Shown one piece after another: positions 59,066 through 64,000 of a stretch of 64,000 nt of DNA (position 1 is the first letter of the stretch; every line of letters begins with the position of its first letter). A program made the translations under genes and the position numbers. Under the pieces are notes generated by a model, which did not search any database, was not told the DNA's origin, and was given only the letters and a program-made list of their open reading frames with translations. Origin of the DNA: Candidatus Cloacimonadales bacterium (GTDB taxonomy: Bacteria > Cloacimonadota > Cloacimonadia > Cloacimonadales > JAFGVF01). The DNA is taken from positions 160,001-224,000 of the forward strand of contig OY782781.1 in the NCBI GenBank assembly GCA_963678315.1, in the 5' to 3' direction.

Positions 59066-62000
59066 TTATTTAATTGCTATTTTAACAACCTTACTAATTT
59101 CCTTAGCACCATCAACAACTCTGATTCTAGCGAAGTATGCGCCACGAGCTAATTTCTTACCATCTGATGTTCTACCATCAAATTCAAGTTTATTATTCAT
59201 GTCACCACCGATTGAGTTGTGAGCAATAGTGCGAACAAGTTTACCAGCAAAGTCAAATATTTCTATAGTAACTTTAGCTTCTTTTGTTGTAGGAATTACG
59301 AATGTAGCCATCTCACCTTTTAACATTGGTGATGGATACATATAAGGTTTTGCAGTGAATTCTAAGTTAACACCACTGTAATCAGCTTCAACTTGGAATG
59401 TAATCATCTTAACAGTTTTGTTTCCTGCTCTATCATAGATAGTTGCAGCAACAAGATATTGTCCGTCAGTTTGTGCAGGTACGCGACATGCATAAGAGTT
59501 AGCAACATTTTCAACTGTTAGGTTAAGAACTTCTTCGTTTGCAGCGTTTGTAGCAACAATTACTAATGAATCAAGACCTGAGTTTGCACGAACTCTAGTA
59601 GTATCGTCTTCTACAACAGGCATAATGTCTGAAAGTTCAATAAGAACATCAACCATTAAGTTTTCATCTTGAGCAAATACTGTATTAACTTCAGGAGTTA
59701 CAAATTCAATTGTTGGGCAGTAAGCATCGATTGGATATGTTTGAGTAGCTTCAGCGAAACCACCAGCAATATTTTCAGCACTTACTACAACTTTAACTGC
59801 AGATGCATCAGTTGGTATAATACCACCGTGAAGGTTAACAGCATAACCATTGTTGTTAGCAACAGTGTAAGGTTCAACAATAACTTCGTTACTTGGGATA
59901 GCAATTACACTAGCCATAACTGAGTTAATTTCAGAACCATTGTTATCTATATCGAAAGCAATTTCGTTGTTACTTGTAACATTTACCCAGCCATTAGACA
60001 TATCTAAACCATCAATAGTGATGATAGGAGCTGGAGCTGAAACAGTGAAGTTTCTGCTAATGTTTGTTACGTTACCAACCATGTCTTTTGAAGTAGCTTG
60101 TACAATATATGTACCTGATTCTTCTGGAGTAACAGCGATTTGTAAGTTATCAGCATCTTCTGTAATCATAGAATCAGCAATTGCCATTCCGTTAGGAGCA
60201 ATAACTTTGATTCTTGTTGAAGCAAGACCTGATAAGTTATCTTGAGCTTGAACTGTTACATTAACAGCATTACCAAGCATTGTTGTGTATTCATTTACAG
60301 GATTGATAATTGAAAGAAGAGGTCTTTCATTATCGATAGGATAAGTTTGGTTAGCAGCAGCTTCCAAGTTCCATCCATTCATTGCAATCACTTCAACTCT
60401 AACTGCTGTTTGACCAGCTTCTACAACTGAACCGTGGAAGTTTATTGATGCATCTCCATTATCATCTAATGATAATGTGATAGGACCTTGAACAACTTCG
60501 TTTGCAGGTTCTTGGTAGATGTTAGCAACTACTGATGTAATTTCAGTGTTATCATGACCAGAAACAACATTCATATTAAATGTGCTTGCTGTAGTAGTAG
60601 AAATCCACCAGTTATTGTCATCATTATTGAATTCAACAACAGGAGTTGGTCCACCAACAACTTCGAATGAAAGTGTTGAAGTACCAGTATTTCCAACTAA
60701 GTCACTGATAGTAGCAACAGCAGTATGCATACCAGGAGTTAGATCAGATGCAGTGTAAGCAAAAGCACCAGCAGTTGATGTACCATCAGCAGTAATGTCT
60801 GTACCGTCTAAAGTAACAACTAATGAGCTTAAGTTAATACCTGAAGCACCTGTATAGTATTGTACATTTGAGTTAACGTAAATACCAGCTAAATCTTCGA
60901 ATTCGAATGCTAATTGAGCATCTGTTCCGAACATGATTTCAGCATTTTCAAAGTCAATGATATCTTCATCAATCTTAGCAACTTCGCCGAGATCCCAAAC
61001 ACCGTTGTTGTTTGCATCGTCAAAGTCTTGGTCTTCGTTAATACCATTGATAGGGTCTTCATTGAATAAACCATCATTATCATTATCAATTGGGTTACCG
61101 ATAGGAGATGTTGCCATAACGATTGGTTGAGCATAGTCAATACCAAATGTTTGTTCAGCAATATTATTCACATCAATATCATCGATAGCATCAATTTCAA
61201 CTTTAAGTCCGATTGCATTAGGTAACTGTAATTGAACGAAACTAAATGAGTATTCGTTTGGATTAGCAGTAGCAACTGGAGTAGAAGTTTGAATTACGTT
61301 AGCGTTATTATTATCATCGATTGATGAAAGAACAACTTCAATGTCTTCTATTGTTCTACCTTCAGCAGGAACAACTGTGAAGATAAATTCTTGTGACATT
61401 GATGGGTTTAACCACCAGCCGTTTTCGAAACCAGTATTCAAGAATGTGATAACTGGTCTGTCAACAGTAACGTTAGCAATAACGTTACCAGCAATAACAT
61501 TAACTTGGTTAAGGTTATTTACAGCTGTCCAAGCAACATTAAGAGTTGCAATTTCTCTTGATCTCATTGGTTGAGGTACAAGAGTTACTAATTCTTCAAT
61601 TGATAATTCATAACTATATTGGTCACCTGCAACAGTGATTTGATCCATAGGAACATTAATCATTGTAGCAGCTGTGAAGTTATTAATAACTAAGTTATAA
61701 TCCATGATACCAGTTTCAGTATCTTGGATAGTAGCTGTAAGTGTTCTGTTTAAAGCATCAAGTTCGATAGCAGTATCAAACATAACTGTAGGTAATGTAT
61801 CATCAACATTGATTGTTAAGTTTGCAGAAGCAGTGAAACCGTTCATTTCAACATTAACAAGAACATCGTGAGCACCAGCAGTTAAGTTAGCTAGATCGAA
61901 ATCAATAATGCTATTATTAAGAGCAAGGTTAGCTACATTAGTATTAACACCATCAACAAGAACATTTACATTTGCTAAAGCGAATGCAGGGAAGATATCA

Positions 62001-64000
62001 TAAGCACCATCAACCATTTCATGATAAACATTCATTGAGAATGATGGGTTAGATAAAGTCCAAGTATCACCATTAACTTCATAAACATCTGCTGAAACAG
62101 GGTTAATAGAAGTCAAGTTAAGTTCGAAACCAACATATTGGCCAACTGTAACCACTGTGTTAACAGGAGCAGTAAATGTCATTTCATTGTTAGCTTGGTT
62201 GTATTCAACATCAGCTTCAACGAAGTTACCAGCTACAGCATCCCAAACAAGAGCAACAATGTTACCTTGTTCAGCAACAGTTCCAGTTACAGGTAATGTA
62301 TAAACAGCATCACCAGCTGGAAGAACAGTAGATTGAACTTTAACTTGGTCAGTTAATTCGTTATAGATATCATCAACAGGCATTGTTTCAGTCATAACAA
62401 ACCAGAATGGGTTGTCATAATCAACAGTAGCACCATTAAGAGTAGCGATACCCATTTGTGTAGGAAGTTCTACATGTGAAATCCAAGCATTACCATTATC
62501 AATACCTGATAACCAGTAACTTGGTAATTCATTATTATTATTAACAACAAGAGGCATCATATTGTCAGCATCAAGTGCATGGTATCCAGCGAAACCATTT
62601 TCGTCGATTCTAACAACATTAGCCATTGAAGCTGTATCAACAACTTTCAACATGCTGTTATCATATATTTCAATTGAACCGTTTGCAGTATCAAATGTGA
62701 ATTCACCATCAACATAAGTAACGTTGATAGGGAACACTCTTGATGATTCTTGGCCGTTGTTCATAACAACATTAACTTTGATTTGAGTTGCAGCTGCAAT
62801 TGCTTCTGCATTAAAGTCAAATTCATAGTAAGGATCACCATTAGTTTGATCAACAGCAAATTCAGTCCATTCACCATTAATTGAGTATTCAGCTGTAACT
62901 GATGTTACACTATTACCCCAACGGTTAACCATTGCATACATTTTGTCAGAACTGATTTGTTCATTGTTGAATTCAAAACCAGTAATTACAGCGTATGGAT
63001 CGTTAGCATTAGGAGTAACAACAAATACATCTTGAGTTACAACATTAGTATAAGCATCGTTATCAGTAACGATAGCTTTAATTTCATAAGTTCCAACTTG
63101 GTTTTCAACTGCTGTATTCCAATCGAATGTGAATGGAGCAGCTTCAACAACAGCCATTGAAACATTGTTCACGAAGAATTCAACATTGTCGATATCTGTA
63201 GGAACAATTGAGTTTGTATCATCAGTGTAGATAGCTTCTGCATCGATAGTAGCAACAGTACCTAATTCAAATTCAGTTGCATCAGCGATGTTAGTGAATG
63301 AGATTACAGGAGCTGAGTTATCGAAGTAAACGTTTGAAGCAAGAGCAACAATTTGTTCGTTTACTGGAGAAGCAGTATCTCTAACGATAGCTTGGAAGTT
63401 ATAGAAACCACTATTTACGATTACAGCATTTAGGCCAGCAAATGTAACTGCAACATCAGTATTATTTACAGTAGCAGGAACAGTTGCAAGAGTCATCCAA
63501 CGTCCATCAAGAACATTAGCATATTGAAGTTCGATGTTAGCATCAAATACTTCGTCTGCATCTACTGTGAATGCTAAGTCAATTTCAGAGTTTTCGTTAA
63601 AGATAGAATCATTAGTAATACCAGCAACTGCATCAGCAGGAAGAGTGATATCAACCATTCTATCAAGAACTACTGTGATTTCAACTTGAACATCTTCAAA
63701 TCTAACAAGAGGACCGAAACCGAATCTGTATTCACCATCTACATCAGTATCAGCTGGAGTGAATAAGTAACTTGCGATACCATTAACAACAGCAACTTGA
63801 CCTAATGATGACCAGTCTGTTTGGCCAGGGCGAACTACATAAACATTGATTTCATCAACATCTGTATTGTTAACTGTAAGATCTAAATTAATGTTACCAT
63901 TAATGTGAAGACCGTTAGCTACACCCATTGTATTGATTTGAGAAATAGCAATAGTAGTTTCATTGTCTCTTACTTGGTAAGTAACAATAGATTCACTTGT
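59066..64000 (-). CDS. Very large acidic Ig-like repeat surface protein with C-terminal FlgD-Ig/T9SS-type sorting domain; N-terminus outside window
   Basis: Frame stays open from 63928 to 64000 (TSESIVTYQVRDNE...); D..GN / D...P Ig-like repeat motifs; DNDNDGLFNED Ca-binding-like motif; YPSP...IFDFAGKLVR...DGR..G..LARGAYF...KIAIK. Confidence 0.88.
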   Translation of the reverse strand, partial: TSESIVTYQVRDNETTIAISQINTMGVANGLHINGNINLDLTVNNTDVDEINVYVVRPGQTDWSSLGQVAVVNGIASYLFTPADTDVDGEYRFGFGPLVRFEDVQVEITVVLDRMVDITLPADAVAGITNDSIFNENSEIDLAFTVDADEVFDANIELQYANVLDGRWMTLATVPATVNNTDVAVTFAGLNAVIVNSGFYNFQAIVRDTASPVNEQIVALASNVYFDNSAPVISFTNIADATEFELGTVATIDAEAIYTDDTNSIVPTDIDNVEFFVNNVSMAVVEAAPFTFDWNTAVENQVGTYEIKAIVTDNDAYTNVVTQDVFVVTPNANDPYAVITGFEFNNEQISSDKMYAMVNRWGNSVTSVTAEYSINGEWTEFAVDQTNGDPYYEFDFNAEAIAAATQIKVNVVMNNGQESSRVFPINVTYVDGEFTFDTANGSIEIYDNSMLKVVDTASMANVVRIDENGFAGYHALDADNMMPLVVNNNNELPSYWLSGIDNGNAWISHVELPTQMGIATLNGATVDYDNPFWFVMTETMPVDDIYNELTDQVKVQSTVLPAGDAVYTLPVTGTVAEQGNIVALVWDAVAGNFVEADVEYNQANNEMTFTAPVNTVVTVGQYVGFELNLTSINPVSADVYEVNGDTWTLSNPSFSMNVYHEMVDGAYDIFPAFALANVNVLVDGVNTNVANLALNNSIIDFDLANLTAGAHDVLVNVEMNGFTASANLTINVDDTLPTVMFDTAIELDALNRTLTATIQDTETGIMDYNLVINNFTAATMINVPMDQITVAGDQYSYELSIEELVTLVPQPMRSREIATLNVAWTAVNNLNQVNVIAGNVIANVTVDRPVITFLNTGFENGWWLNPSMSQEFIFTVVPAEGRTIEDIEVVLSSIDDNNNANVIQTSTPVATANPNEYSFSFVQLQLPNAIGLKVEIDAIDDIDVNNIAEQTFGIDYAQPIVMATSPIGNPIDNDNDGLFNEDPINGINEDQDFDDANNNGVWDLGEVAKIDEDIIDFENAEIMFGTDAQLAFEFEDLAGIYVNSNVQYYTGASGINLSSLVVTLDGTDITADGTSTAGAFAYTASDLTPGMHTAVATISDLVGNTGTSTLSFEVVGGPTPVVEFNNDDNNWWISTTTASTFNMNVVSGHDNTEITSVVANIYQEPANEVVQGPITLSLDDNGDASINFHGSVVEAGQTAVRVEVIAMNGWNLEAAANQTYPIDNERPLLSIINPVNEYTTMLGNAVNVTVQAQDNLSGLASTRIKVIAPNGMAIADSMITEDADNLQIAVTPEESGTYIVQATSKDMVGNVTNISRNFTVSAPAPIITIDGLDMSNGWVNVTSNNEIAFDIDNNGSEINSVMASVIAIPSNEVIVEPYTVANNNGYAVNLHGGIIPTDASAVKVVVSAENIAGGFAEATQTYPIDAYCPTIEFVTPEVNTVFAQDENLMVDVLIELSDIMPVVEDDTTRVRANSGLDSLVIVATNAANEEVLNLTVENVANSYACRVPAQTDGQYLVAATIYDRAGNKTVKMITFQVEADYSGVNLEFTAKPYMYPSPMLKGEMATFVIPTTKEAKVTIEIFDFAGKLVRTIAHNSIGGDMNNKLEFDGRTSDGKKLARGAYFARIRVVDGAKEISKVVKIAIK

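Overview
AT-rich bacterial chromosomal window, mostly minus-strand genes, with a Gram-negative anaerobe profile. PorV-like and PorE-like genes and proteins ending in 'NYPNPFNPET/YPSP...YF' FlgD-Ig sorting domains point to an FCB-group organism, plausibly Cloacimonadota (inference). Both ends are truncated giant secreted proteins: a >1,900 aa multidomain extracellular endonuclease missed by the ORF track (left) and a >1,640 aa acidic surface protein upstream of porV-like and ompA/porE-like genes (right). Between them are housekeeping genes (lon, guaA, htpG, recO, tsaD, queE, rqcH-like, mscS, tldD/pmbA), six tRNAs (Pro-Val-Val-Pro; Phe-Phe), an orphan AbiE type IV toxin-antitoxin pair with a four-half-site operator, three signalling proteins with degenerate catalytic motifs, and a tandem pair of secreted proteins resembling stand-alone FTP/PepSY propeptides. 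Intergenic DNA holds several REP-like palindrome families, a 7-copy 38/39-bp palindromic tandem array and a ~180-nt hairpin downstream of guaA. I found no CRISPR array, integrase, transposase, reverse transcriptase or prophage.
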